The position numbers were made by a program, and so were the translations under genes. DNA of 64,000 nucleotides from Balamuthia mandrillaris (taxonomy: Eukaryota), in assembly GCA_031835245.2 (NCBI GenBank), contig JAVKOQ020000084.1, positions 1-64,000 on the forward strand, read 5' to 3'. Position 1 is the stretch's first letter, and each line of letters opens with the position of its first letter. The notes beneath the pieces are model-generated. The model was not told where the DNA came from. It saw only the letters and a program-made list of their open reading frames with translations, and searched no databases. This document shows positions 47,048 to 60,600 of this stretch, piece after piece.

Positions 47048-47927
47048 AGGTTAGGTACCTGTACACGCAAAGGATGTTCCAATAACAGCAACGCGATGTC
47101 CTCTTGGGACAACAGCCATTTCTTGTGTCGCAAATTGGCGAGGGCGTCAGGAATGGGCCCCTCATCACCGGGCACCACATGTGCCATCATCTTAGGAAAG
47201 AGGTCTATCATGGAAAGACCAAACTGATTGCTAGCATCAGCGAACAAACGTGCCAAAAGACGATTAAGCGGCAAATGAAAGGTGACCGGCTCTCGCATGA
47301 CATCAAAGTTGATGATGACATGTCTGCCATCAAACTTGTTCCTCTTTCGAAACGCGAATTGAAAAGATGAGGGTTTTGCCAGCTGTTTTTGGGCCAGTCT
47401 TTCTTCTTTAAGTCGGTTATGTTTCACGCGTTTAAACTCTTCGTGGATGAACGTCAGCAACGAGAAGATCGCTTCTTGGATGGCGTTTTTCAGAACAGGG
47501 ACTTTCCACTGTTCGTCGTCCATAGAAGAAGCCCGATCGTTGTTGCTAAGGAAGGCGCGAATGAGGCGATTGTCTTCGCGATTATCCGGAGAGAGCTCCA
47601 CCGAAAGATAAAGCTCTAACATGGCCTCACTGAGGAAAGAAACGATCGGTTGCAACAATTCCAATTCTAGAGAGAAAGCATCTCGCCAGGTTTCGTTCTC
47701 GTACTCTATGTGGCCCAAAGAGGAGGGTCTTCTCTGGTAGTAGTTCATACCCTGCAATAAGTACCATAACTCCAAGAAGAGCGAATAGTTATTTTCTTCT
47801 TCACTATTGGACGAAGAGCTATCGCAGGCGTACTGTTTGTTGCACAAAGAAAGCAACAAATACAGCAGAATATGAGAGGAAGAACAAGAAGATGAAGAAT
47901 GTTAACAAGAAGCAGAACAAGAACAAG

Positions 47928-48004
<77 letters not shown>

Positions 48005-49363
48005 GGAGTTATACCTGTTCATCCAATCCAGCAGAAAATAAAAGATGTTGTGTTACACTAGGAACGGAGCAAGTAGCTCTAAGATCGTGACAAAGATACC
48101 AATACTTCCGTTTGCGTAGGATAATGCTGCTGTCATTCATCACGCGTTCCATATACTCATCCAAATCGGGCTCGCTATCTCCATCTTCCTCGGATTCTTT
48201 CTATTGAGCGAGAGAAAGTTAGAGAAAATAACAAGACCGAGACTATCGCACAAGTAACAAAGCAAGAAATAAATTTTAAGCCTACAAACCGGTTTCATTA
48301 CAAAAACACTCCGCAAAGTAGAGGTCAGCTTCGACAACAGACTGGTCAGCAGAGAGGGCTCTTGCACCAAAAGAGGGATTAGTTGAGGGTGAAGAAACTG
48401 GGTGGACATCGTCAGCGGCGTTTGATACTGCGCGATTTCTTCTCGTTGTCTTTCCAGTTCTGCCACCTCAAACCCTCTTTCCTCGATCTCTTCTTTGGAG
48501 ATGCCATCGTCAGGCTGCTGCTCGCTGCGTTCTTGTTGGGCTCTCAATTCTTCATGAAGAAGTTCAGTGAGCTGTTTTTTCTCGTACTCGTTATCGATAA
48601 CCACGTCGATGAAATTGCAGTACACTTTGACAAAGGCACGAGCGAATCGCCGTTTGAACAATGTGTCTCCTAGTATATTTTTTGATTGACAATGTTAAAT
48701 ATCAAGCCTTTTTAGTCGCGGTAGCCTTTTAAAAACGATAAGGCAACAGATGGAGAAAAAAGCATACCTATTAACATGAAATAAAACTTCCGTAATTCCT
48801 CAATGATTACAGAAGGAAAAATGTGATCCACGAGCAACAACCACAAGATTACCGAGTTATCATCGACGTCTTCCAACTCTTCTGGGGTTTCCAGTTCTTT
48901 CTCTTTTTCTTCTTTCTCTTTCTCTGCTACCATCATCTCCTCTGTTGCCTTTATCTTTTTTGTACAGGAGGCAGTATAAGCAGCGGCGGCAGCGGCGGCA
49001 GCAGCTGACTTGAGCTCAGCAAGTGCTTGCTCGGTCTCCGGTCTCTCCAACCGCATACCATAGCCCGAAGGCAAGCATTGGTTCATCACATCGCATAGGA
49101 TTCTGCGCATACCATCTCCAAACCACTCCACTATCTTCATGAGCCACTGTAACATGAAAAGCGCTTCATTGCGCAAGGCGTCTCGTTCTTTGGTAAGTTG
49201 TTTTCTTTGGCGCTCTCGCTCTGAGGCGGGTATTCTCTCAGCATCGTTTTCTGTTCCTCTCCTTCCCTGCAAGATAGAAAGAAATGAAATGGAGTTAAAA
49301 ACGAGAAAGCACACAAATAGAAGAGAGATGATAACAGGTGAGAGGGAGAGGGAGAGAGAGAGA

Positions 49364-49412
<49 letters not shown>

Positions 49413-50641
49413 GAACAATATGAAAGGAGACTGGAACAAATCGGAGAAAAAGGACAAGAGTTAAAATATAAGGGAATAAAGTGAGCATTACTTGTGCATG
49501 ATAAACAGCGTTCATTTTAGAAGTATCGTTCACATATCCAAGACGCAACAAACGGTACACAAGTTCCTGCACGAAGCGAGTAAGTGCTATCTTAGATACC
49601 TCGCGCATCTTTGGAGGAAGCATGGCTGTAGGATCGTCATCCTCGGTTGCTCCTTTATGAAAACGGCAATTGCCCTCTGGTCTCCAAGCCAAAGGATCGC
49701 CACAATCGCAACAACCTCCACCAACTCGTATCATGTGATCTATTGTTTGCGCACACAGCAAGTGAAAAGGTTTTTTGTATAAAACAACGCGAAGAGACGA
49801 GAATTAGCGAAAAAGAAGAAAAAGAGAGAGGGAAAAGGTGCATACAATCATGGTTGGTGTGATCGCCAGCTTGAAAACATTCCACACAAATTGCACTGTT
49901 ATTTTTTTAAAAAAAAAGCATGCGTTAGCAACACATGCGCAGAAGAGTGATGAAATAACGGATAGGCGTAGAGCAAACCATGGTTCATCGTAGCCACAGT
50001 CTTCACACTTGTAGGCAATGTCCCCATTCTTCCAAATCTTGCCGCACACGTTCGACTTACCAGCCGTCTTGCGTTGAATCTCATCCTTCACTTGTGCTGG
50101 AGTTCCACACCCTGTTTATGGAAAAAACGAACAGCAACAACATAAGACAACAACAAAACATGATGAGCAACATAAAACGTAAGAAGAAGGAAAGTGGAGA
50201 GAAGAGAGAAGAGAGAAGAGAGAAGAGTTAGAGTTTACCAGCGCACAGGATCCAAATGCAAGTGCTGACGGTCTGCTGTATCGTCTTCGTGGCGAACAGC
50301 CACGTCATAAAGGTGGGAATCTCCTCGGCGTCACTGCCCAGGAGTCGCGCCACCTCCTCCAGCCCACGCGCATGCAGCCGCTCCGCAGCGGCGCACACCG
50401 CGTCCCAACCCTGAGGCTGGGAAGAGGAGGAGGCAGAGGAAGCAGCAGCAGCAGCGGAGCCCTGCCCCTCCCACGCCTGCCAAAAGTAGGGCGGGCGGAA
50501 GAGGCCGCTCGGGTCGGGGGCGCAAAGGCGCTCCTCGGGCGACCACATCTCTTCCAAGGGGAGCCACCGCACGTCCGCCAGGTTGGTGCTCACCCTAGGG
50601 GGTGGTGGCGTTGGTGTAGAAGAGGCAGCAGAGGAGCTCAT
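41327..50641 (-). CDS. UBR1/UBR2/PRT6-like N-recognin E3 ubiquitin ligase; many exons
   Basis: UBR box CGKIWKNGDIAYKCEDCGYD..CAICVECFQAGDHTNH...GGGCCDCGDPLAW...CRFH; HIEYENETW; HLPLNR; GLWVRNG; winged-helix THSQL; RING-H2 CVFC...SCGHYMHANC...FKCPLCRTIANTLIP; C-terminal CLICG and PYLDSHGEEDFGLKRGRPLFL. Confidence 0.93.
47928..48003. repeat. (AAC)n microsatellite inside a UBR intron
   Basis: About 25 perfect AAC units, directly visible. Confidence 0.95.
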
Positions 50642-51030
50642 CGTGTTCGCTCTCTCTCTTCTCTTTTCTCTGCTACTTTTTCTTTGGTGTTTTGAGGGGC
50701 CAGAAAAAAATTTTATGGTCCGCAAAAAAAATAAATGCTGAAAAATTTCAATTATTTGATAATTTTCAAGATAAAACACGCCAAATTTCGATTTTTTGAC
50801 AAACCGAAAAATAATGGCGAAATGGCGCTAATTGGTACGCGGAAGTATTGTGTCGACACCTTTGCAGACAAACAAACGGAGAGAATTATTTTTAAGGTGT
50901 GTGTGGGCGCTTGCAACCGGCCGCACTACAAGTATACTCTGTTTGTCTCTCTCTCTCTCTCTCTTTTTTGTTCCTCCTCCTCCTTCTCTACTAGCTGCTG
51001 TGATCTTCCTCCTTTTGTTTCAAGCCAACC

Positions 51031-51471
51031 ATGGTTCGTTTTTTTTTGTTCTGCTTCTTCTTTTTGTGTGTTTTTGTCCCGCTGTGTGAGTGTCTCTTGG
51101 AAAAAATGTGCTGCGTTACTTTTGTTGTGTTCGTTCACTTCCTTTTCAAATCGCACTCTCTCCTTCTTTTGTTGTTGCTGTTGCTGCTGTACTGCTTATG
51201 CTGCTCTGTAACGTGTGTGTGTTGTTCAGTCTGAGAAAAAGCAACCCAAGAAAATTACTGCCAAGGAAGTGGTGACCAACAGCGTCTCTGGAGGGGTCTC
51301 TGGAGCGCTGGAGATCATGTTCACCTTCCCCTTTGAGTTCGCCAAGACCCAGATCCAGCTCAACCCACACAAGTACAAAACGACTTGGGGTTGTTGGAAG
51401 TTGACCACCCAGCAATATGGCTTTACAGGTTTGTTTTTGCTTCTCTTCTCTATTTCTTGTTTTGTTGTTTT

Positions 51472-51507
<36 letters not shown>

Positions 51508-52603
51508 CTTAAGCGCAGAATAAGAGAGAGGAAGAGCGAAAACAGAAAAAGGCGTACTCGGGAAGAAGAGCGAAAAGGGAACTAGAAAGAAAACGCTAAG
51601 AGAGAGAGAGAGAGAGAGAGAGCACCAGAGAACACGCGGGAGAGAGAAAACTGATTGGAGAATTTTCTCTAATCTGCCTTTGTTGTAATATGCAGCCTTG
51701 TATAGAGGCATGCCTCCTCTGATCGTGTTTGGTATTCCCAGGAATGCTGCCCGTTTTACCGCCGCAGAGTATACCAAGAGCATAATGGACATTTATGCTC
51801 CAGACATGGGACTCGTCCCTCAAAACATTATCGGAGGTTTCGTTGGTGGTTTCTCCGAGGCAGTTTTGGTTACCACTTACCAAGAGACCATGAAGGTTTG
51901 CCTCTCTGTTCTTATTTTACTTTCTTTCCCTACTATCGCTCTTTCTATCTTCACTCTCCTCTTTGCTCTTCTCTATTGCTCCTTTGACTCGTACTCTCGT
52001 TCTCTCTTCTAGTTACGCTTAGTCTATAGACTTTTGTCTTTCTTCACTTCTTGCTTCTTTATCTCTTCATATTTAACTTCCGAAACTCTCCAAAAAAAGG
52101 TCCGATTGATTCACGACCGCCTCTCCGAAAAGCCCCGTTTCAGGAATACCTTCCACGGCATCACCACCATCTTGCGCGAGCAAGGTTTCTCCGGCGTCTA
52201 CAAAGGGCTCACCGCCACCATCATCAAGCAAGGCAGCAACCAGGCTATCCGGTTCCCCGTGTATTACTACCTCAAGAATCAGATCCTGGGCGACCCTAAG
52301 GCCGACTTCAGCAAGAACGGCGTGGTCTGGGGCAACATCCAGGGCCTCTTTGTGGGTGCCGTGGCCGGAGCAGCCTCCGTGGTTGGCAACACCCCCATCG
52401 ACGTCATAAAGACCAAGATGCAGGGCTTCGAGTCGCAGAGGTACGGCGGCATGGGCAACACCATCCGCCTCATTTGGAAGGAGGAGGGCTTCATGGGCTT
52501 CTACAAGGGCATGGGGGCGAGGCTGGGGCGTGTGTCGGCGGACGTGGCGCTGACGTTCTTGTTCATGGAGCAGGTGAAAGTCATGTTGAAGAAGTTGTGG
52601 TGA
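51031..52603 (+). CDS. SLC25A1: Mitochondrial tricarboxylate (citrate) carrier, SLC25A1/CTP1-like; the first coding exon is apparently only ATG
   Basis: Carrier signature repeats PFEFAKTQIQ, YQETMKV(R) and PIDVIKTKMQ; GIPRNAARF; RLIHDR; KQGSNQAIRF; ARLGRV. ATG 51031-51033 is spliced (51034-51229) in frame to SEKKQPKK. Confidence 0.85.
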
Positions 52604-53056
52604 TGAAGGAAAAATTTTTTTCTCGCGTTTCATTCTCTTATCCTTCTCTCTCTTCCTTCATTTCTTCTCCCGCATGTCTACAAAAACGATGAAATATATC
52701 GATAATCGGTCCTATTTGTCGTTACAAATTTTGGAACATTACCAAAACAGTTGAATAGAACGAATGTGGATTGGTTGCCGTTTTTGTTTTCCATCCTCCT
52801 GATCTTGATCGTCACCCAAAAAGAACTTTTTGGGTGAAGTTTCTCTTTTTATTTGCAAAAAAAAAAAACCAAAAAGCATTCATAGGGGAAGTGAAGAAGT
52901 AAGCGAAAAGGTTTGCTCTTCTTTCATAGAAATAGGAAGCCTTGGTATTTTTTTTTTTTCAAAAAAAAAAATCTGTGCGATGACCTAACCACACACACCA
53001 CTTTTTGTACAAACGTTGAAAGCAGAAGCAAAAAGCAAAAAAAAAATACAAAACCA

Positions 53057-53467
53057 ATGGGAGGAAAACCATCACGTATTCTTGGCACCACTTTTATTCA
53101 GGGCGGAAGCGATGTGCTGCGAGATGGGGAGTGGTTCCGTGCGAACGGCGTGACGGACGTGGTTTCCATTTGCGACGTCTACCCGGACCGAAGCATCATT
53201 TCGGAGGAACGGAATATTTGGATAGACCTCTATGACGTGGAAAGCACCAACTTGCTCGACCACTTTGAGCGGACCACTCGCTTTATTCACAAAGCAAGAG
53301 CGAGCGGAGGTTGTGTTTATGTATGCTCCTTTCCTCTTTGGTTTTTTGTTTGGAACCATGTTTTATTTTGTTTCTTTTAATAACCTGGTTGCCATTACAC
53401 TTCCGTCCATAGGTACACTGCGCTGCAGGTTTGTTTTTCTCTCTGCTCTTCTTCGTTCGTCCCGTTT

Positions 53468-53499
<32 letters not shown>

Positions 53500-53921
53500 G
53501 CTTCCAGATTTTTTGTTTCTATTTTTCTTTACTTCTTCGTCTTTTTTCTTCACCTCTATTCTCCTCTCATCTGTGTGAAAACCAAACAAAAGGAATCTCT
53601 CGATCGTCGACGATTTCAAGCGCCTATTTAATGTGTTGGTTGGAGTTGACGATGGAAGAGGCACTCCAAGTGCTCAAGCTCTCTCGCCCGGCCGTTTCGC
53701 CCAACAGAGGGTTCCGCGAGCAGTTGAAGCGGTTCGAGGCCAGCGAGCTGAGAAACCTCCTCGTGGAGGAGTTCAAGAAAGAGCGAGAGGCCAACGGCGA
53801 ACTGCAAAAGCTTTATGAGGCGGACCAAGCTGACATCGCGCAAAAGAGGGAAGCCAGTGCCCAACAACAACAAGAAAAGTCAGGGGCCTCTGGGTCTTCC
53901 AACAGTTATTTTGTTTACTAG
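53057..53921 (+). CDS. Atypical dual-specificity protein phosphatase (DUSP15/22-like, potential Gly2 myristoylation); 3 exons
   Basis: MGGKPSRIL..., DLYDVESTNLLDHF, spliced catalytic motif VY|VHCAA|GISRSSTISSAYLM, RPAVSPNRGFREQL. Confidence 0.9.
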
Positions 53922-54264
53922 TTTCTCATCAAAGTTTGTTCTCTTGCTTGCGGCGTCTTTTCTTTTGTTTGTGATGAGATCATTATTCATTTTGATTTTC
54001 GATTGGACGTTGCAATTTGTTTAGATGACGACATTTCATCCAAAATTGGCAAAATCTTATGTCACCACTTCACTGAAAAAGTAAATTTGACTCTTGTAAG
54101 GAAAAAACACAACGATGATCAGGAAATAGGAAATCAAACAATCAAACGACGAAGAGAGAAAGAGAGAACACACATAAAGCAGAAGCGCCTCTGTTCATCG
54201 TCATTCTGTTTCAAGCTTCTTGTGACAAGCCGACCTGTTTTTTTTTTTTTTTTCGTTACAGCAA

Positions 54265-54831
54265 ATGCAACACGAGGACGAAGAGGGCAAATCGTCCACT
54301 TTCAGCAGCACAACGCTCCGGTGGCGCGAGATCAAAGGAGCGGAGAACATCCCTCGGACCGGCCGGTTGTGCCACACCATCACGCCCATTCACGGCCACC
54401 GCCTGTTCTGTTGGGGCGGCTGGGGTGGGGAGGAGGAGAGGTACACCGATGCCTTCATTTTCGATGTGGAGCTGGAAGAGTGGACCCCGGTGGAGTGCAA
54501 GGGCGACGTCCCTGCCCCTCGCTCCACTCATTCGGTATGTTGCTGCGTTTGCTTTCCTTCTGATAGTGATAAACCTTCATGTACCTCGTGTTGCCGTTCA
54601 TCCAACCATCGTTTTTTTTTTTGTTAAAACACAAAGATGACGAGCATCAATGGAGGCAAGCAGCTGTTACTCTTTGCTGGCTACCTTGGCGGTGAACGAC
54701 GGGCCAACGACATGCACATTTTAGACGTTGGTAAGTGTCGCTCTTTCATAGTTTCTCTCTCGTTCCTGTTCCTGTTCTCTTTTGTTCTTTCTCGTCCCCT
54801 CTATTTTCTCTCTCGTTCTCTGCTCTCCCCC

Positions 54832-54882
<51 letters not shown>

Positions 54883-54900
54883 GTTGCTTTTTGTTTTTCT

Positions 54901-54940
<40 letters not shown>

Positions 54941-55190
54941 ATCGTTCTTGTCTATCTTCCTTGAGTCTATCATATCTTCACTGAGAAATGTTCACTCTCT
55001 CTCTTTAAAAAAACAACACAAAGACTCTTTAACATGGAGACTCATCCAACCTAAAAATGGCGTGGTGCCGCCAGCTCGAAATACACATACCGCAACTTTG
55101 TTAGGCGATGGCCGTCGCATCGTCGTGTTTGGAGGAAGGAACAGCTCACACTTCTTCAACGATGTTTGGATGTTTGATATCCGTATGATA

Positions 55191-55230
<40 letters not shown>

Positions 55231-56024
55231 GATTTCTCTCTCTCTTCGGCTTTCAATCTCTTGGTTGCCTTATCTAATATTCTTCTTCGAACGAACAATA
55301 TCAACGAACAGCAACTACGACATGGACACCATTGACCATGAGTGGTAATGACAACATTCCAAGTGGACGTTCTGGCCATTCGGCCGTCCTCAAAGGAGAC
55401 AACCGCATCATTATCTTTGGGGGTTGGGACGGTGGCCGGAATCGCTTTGGCCAAGTATGGGAGCTAGACCCTTGTGCGTACTTTTTCCCTCTTTCATCAT
55501 TCATCTCTTGTTTTGTAGCACTCGTTTCTTATGCCACTCCAAAAGTAAACCAAAAGTGGATACTACATGACCCAATGGCCATCGATAGCCACCAGCCAGC
55601 CGCTCGTTCAGGGCACACCGCCGCCCTGCTTAACCAGCAGGAGATGGTGGTCTTTGGCGGTTGGGGCGAAGGAATCTACCGCAGCGACGTGTACATACTT
55701 CACCTGGAGAGGATGGAGTGGCGACTGGTGGCGCCGGCAGGTATAAAGTGCCCCAGCCCACGTCGCTTCCACGCCATGGCAAGCATTCCTCCCTTCGGGG
55801 CGTTCATTCACGGAGGAAAGAGCCACGATTACCAGCATCAATACAACGACATGTTTGTGTTGAGCGTTGGGCCGCCTTCTTTGCAAGGCATGTGTAAACA
55901 GCATATCAAGGACAACTTGGCGCGGTATAAGAGCGAGCGGGAGTGGCCGGCGATTCCTCTGGAGCTGCGTTCCTCCATGGAGAACAGCGCTGAAGAAGAA
56001 GCAGAGAAAGAAGAACAGCTGTGA
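54265..56024 (+). CDS. Kelch beta-propeller protein with C-terminal BC-box/SOCS-like motif (KLHDC3-like cullin adaptor); multi-exon
   Basis: Six repeats of the PxxRxxHT/S...FGG...ND...W type (GRLCHT, PRSTHS, ARNTHT, GRSGHS, ARSGHT, PRRFHA); C-terminal PPSLQGMCKQHI...IPLELR. Confidence 0.85.
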
Positions 56025-56349
56025 AAAAATATGTCGACAAATCAACGTCGACACAAATTGTTCCATTTGACTCCTCATCCTGTAATGTCCACAAAAATTG
56101 AATGACGTAATTTCACGTAGAGCCAATCGATCTGCATCTTTATTGTCGACATCTAAAATTCAAAAAGAAAAAAAAGTAGAAAAGAGAGACGAAAGGGCCT
56201 TCACTCCTCTCTCTTCGAGTGCTCCCCTCCCCTCTTTTCCTTTTATTTTTTTAAACCCCCTCTCCTTTGGATCCTAGCCATCCCCAATCCCTTTCCGGAG
56301 AGTGTCAAGTTCAAAAAGAGGGTGGGTGATCTTTTACAATCACAAATAG

Positions 56350-56565
56350 ATGCAGAGATCCAAGGCGGTGGACATCCAGCAAGAGGGCAGGACTTATTTC
56401 TCCCGAAGAGAGCCTCAACAAGCTGCGGCTGACGTGCTTCTTCAAGAGGACTCCGAAGAAGAGGTGACGGAACAACCAAATGGCGACGACGCACCACCAG
56501 ATGCAGACGACAGCGAAATTGGTTTGCTTGCTCCTTTTTGATTTTTTTTTTTTGAAGTTGAGGTT

Positions 56566-56600
<35 letters not shown>

Positions 56601-57636
56601 TCTCCGTGTCTTCTTTCTTCCCTCTTCAATAGGAGCGCTGTTCACAACCAATCTGTCGTCGCAGGCATTAGACATAGGCACAGTCATCCTGAAGGACATT
56701 TGCGTGCTGCGAAAGTTCACCGTCATCAATCTCAGCCCAGACAAGGTGCTGCGCATCGGCCTCTCCTCCAGTTTGGGGGAGGAGCAGATTGGCTTTCAGC
56801 TGAACAATGAAAATCTACACAGCAACTTGGATGAGGATGACTACAATCAGGTACGCACTCCCTGTTTTTCACTCTTCATCATTTTGTCTTGCGCCAAGTT
56901 TTTAGTCTCTCGCTCATGTTCTTCTTCTTCCCCTCTTCTCGTTCTTTTTTCAACCGGCAAAACTTCTTCTGGCTTGTCTTTTGTTCTTTTGAATGCAGCT
57001 CTTCAATTTCATTAATAGGATAGATGAAGTCACTCTATACCCTCGCCAGAAGAAAAGCGTTGTACTGTCCTTTCTGCCTCAACCGCTTCAAGAAGAAGAA
57101 GAAGATACTTCTGTACGTCTTTCTCTTCTTTCCATTTTATATTATAACTATCTGATGGCTCTCTCGTTATCCATCTAACTATCACTGAAACAGGCTTCCA
57201 TGAACACGAGCGATAAGCCTCACAGCTTTTTCAACGTAACCGGAGAGATATATTTGACTTTGTTATCGGCTGTCACTCAGTCTGGAGAAAATACGAGTCT
57301 GGAAGATGAAGCATTCCATCCTTTACCAGTGGATGAACCACCTCAACAACAGAAGGTATGTTGAATCTCTCCTTCTCTCCTTTGCTTTTTTAGTTGTTGA
57401 CAAACCGTCTTTTTTTCCAGTTGGCCATTCCATTTATCGCCAAAGTGTGTCGCTCGGAACTACGGATAGATGTCCATGAAATTGCTTTTGACCATTGCGT
57501 CCTTGGCGGTAGCTACGTCAAAGATTTTACCATTCGCAACTTTTCGGAGATGCCTCTCTCGTTTACTGTCAAGACGGAAGATTTCATTACTAGAGAAAGG
57601 ATTTTGCAGTTTACTGACACAGCCACCGGCTCTCCT

Positions 57637-57682
<46 letters not shown>

Positions 57683-60600
57683 GCTCGTTCCCTTCCCTTA
57701 CACTCCATATTCGCTGCTTTCTCGCTTGTTTGTGTATCTCTGCCACTCTCTTTTTCTACTATATGTCTTATGTCATTTAATAACCCTCAATTTTACTAAC
57801 TCATTCTATTAGTTCATGATCACGTTATTCCAAGTTACTCTTCTCTTGACGTCCGTGTCATTTTCAAACCCATAGCTGAAGGAGAAGCCAATTACACTAT
57901 TCATATCGAGAACACCAACGATCCAAACAACGTTGAGAATGTCAAAGTTCGCTCCTTCACCACCTCTCAATCGTTCCAGAAAACGCTCTTTGTGGACACT
58001 CAACGACTCAATTTTGGAGATGTCTACTCGAACGTGCCAACCTGTCAACTGTTGACTATTCGCAACGTTAGCGATGAAGCGTTAGAAGTCCATTTAGACA
58101 GCAGTTCCTCTTCGGAAGTTTGGTTCGTGTTCGATCCCGATGAAGAGCAAAACGAGGAGGAGGAAGAGGGGAGCGGTGACAGTGGGAGCAGCAGCAAAGA
58201 AAACATGAGAGATTTGGCGCTTGACAAGTCTCACTCACGCATCGAAGAAATCAGTCTCAACGTGGGAGAAGAGAAGAAGATTCACGTGTGGTATTGCCCT
58301 GAGCCAGAAGAAGAGGAAGAAGAAGAAGGAGAGCTTTCCAACAAACGCTTGAACAAACGAAGAGCTCAAGGTGTGGATAGACTGAGCAACATGAGTGACA
58401 GCTCTAAAGTAATGGCGAGAAACAAAGGCAGTTCCTCGTTGTCGGATATCGGCACCGCCCATGGCAGCGGAGGAGGAAGTCTGTCATCGGAAACAGGAGA
58501 AGAGAATGCGGACATTGCAAAAGAAAAAGAACGAGAGGAACAAGCCAAGAAGTGGAAGAAACTAGGTAAATTGTTGCCGAGGGAGTTTTCGCTGTATCTC
58601 AAGTGCAAGACCCCAGAAGGCAAGTTGAAAGCCAAGAAGACCATCACTGGTTCGGCGAGAGTCTGCACCTCCATCATCCACATTCCTCGAAGTGTCATCA
58701 ATCTCGGTGATTGCGCAATTGGATCTTGGAAGGTATACTTAAGTTTTTATTTGTTTGCTTCGTGTTCTTTGCCCCGTGTAGTTTCCTGACTAGTGTTTCA
58801 CCTTCTCTTCTGCCTCACCAGTCTGCAGTGGTGGAAGTGCACAACATTTCGGAATTACCGGCAAAGATAGCAATGAAGTATCAATCCAAGGTCGTGACGT
58901 TTAAAGACCAGGATGAGATCATCATCCCGGCAAAACAAACTGCTGACCTGAAGATGAACTTTGTGCCCAGAAAGATAAATCCAGATTACAGAAAAGAGAT
59001 CACCATGATTAATCTAAACAATCCGCGAAACGATCAGTTTGTTGAGGTATTTGCTTCTTTGTAATTGCTCTTTCCTCTCTTTCTCTCTTCTACTTGTGGT
59101 TCTCTTACAATTTCATGTAATGTCTTCAGGTGCGAGCGAACAACATCGATCCGTTGAGAATTACGTTTCATTCGCTGTTCTACCATGTCATAACACCCTA
59201 CTCGCGTAATTTTCTCAATTTTGACAACGTGATAGTGGGCAGCCCTGTCGTGCAAACCTTTGTCATCAAGAACGTGACGAAAAAGCAACTTCGGCTCGAG
59301 TTTAAGACGTCATTGCCAGATGAACTCACTGTACTTCTCGCTCTGCTCTGCTTTTCTCTTAATAATTTTGTTAACTTGGTTACGTTTCAGTTGTGGAAAC
59401 AAGGAAGCAAAACCTTCACAGAACTGTCCAAATCGCCGCAATCCAAAACGGAACAATTGCTCGAACGGTTCGAACAACAGGAAGAACTTAGGAAAAAAGC
59501 AATGACTGACGAACTTCGTAAAGCACACAGACACCGAAGACTAACCGCATTAGAGACTCTAGATCTTCCACTGAAACCAGAACTATTATCAACGGGTACC
59601 AAAAGAAGAACGAACGACTGGAATGATAAAGACAAACAAGAGGAAGGGCAACAACATAAGACACAGCTGCAAGATGAAAAGGAGAGAGAAGGCGTTGAGG
59701 AGAAGGAAGCAGAAGAAGAAGGAAAAGAAGAAAACGAAATGGACCTTCATTATCGTGGTAGCCAACATTACTTGGATTTGGCCTTCACTCCTTCCAGAGC
59801 AAAACATGTCTTCAAGAAATCAGCTTCTCTTGTCAAACTTGGTGGCTTGGATTCTACCATGACGCCTCCGCTTCATCGCAGTTCTGGCGCTACTGGAGGA
59901 GGAGCAGTTGATAGAGGCAACAACAAAAAAATATCCGAGGACAACAGAGATCCTACCAACAAATCTCAGCCCTCGGAAGATGGAAGTGAAGGAACTAGAA
60001 AAAAAGGGTTGCAGCAGAGGTCAAGTGGCGAGAACTTGCATTCACAGAGAAGGCATTCTAGTTCGGTCGTTTTGGAATCGCTGACTCAGCCCCTAACGCT
60101 GCCAACACCAGAAGTCATCACTTTATCTCATGTTGGAACATTGCCGGCGGCGGCGCATCCTTTGGAAGAAGAGTTCATCCTCCAACAAGAGAAGAAGTTC
60201 AAAGGTCTACAAAAAGCCATCAAAGAGGGGTTGTTGGTGCCTTTGTCCAGAGAACTCTCCAACAGTATGCAAGAACATTTCAGCAGCGACATAGGTGGCA
60301 ACAGCAGTAAGCATCGTTCTAAGACAACCATGTCGCAATGCAAAAGCGTCGACGATTTTCGAATAATGAGTGGCAGTGTTTCGGGGCGGTTGCGAAGGTA
60401 TTATCTCTTTTCTCTTGCTTTCTTGCTCACGTGACCTTATTGGATTATAGACAAAGAACTCAAAGCACCGCGGCAAAACAAATCCTCACTCTGGATGCGG
60501 AGGAGAGGTGTGTGATTTATGTTGTGTTTCAACCCTCTCCAGATAAGCGTCCTTGGCTTCGTGGAAAGCTTAAAAAAGTGAAAGGAACAATCTCCATGAA

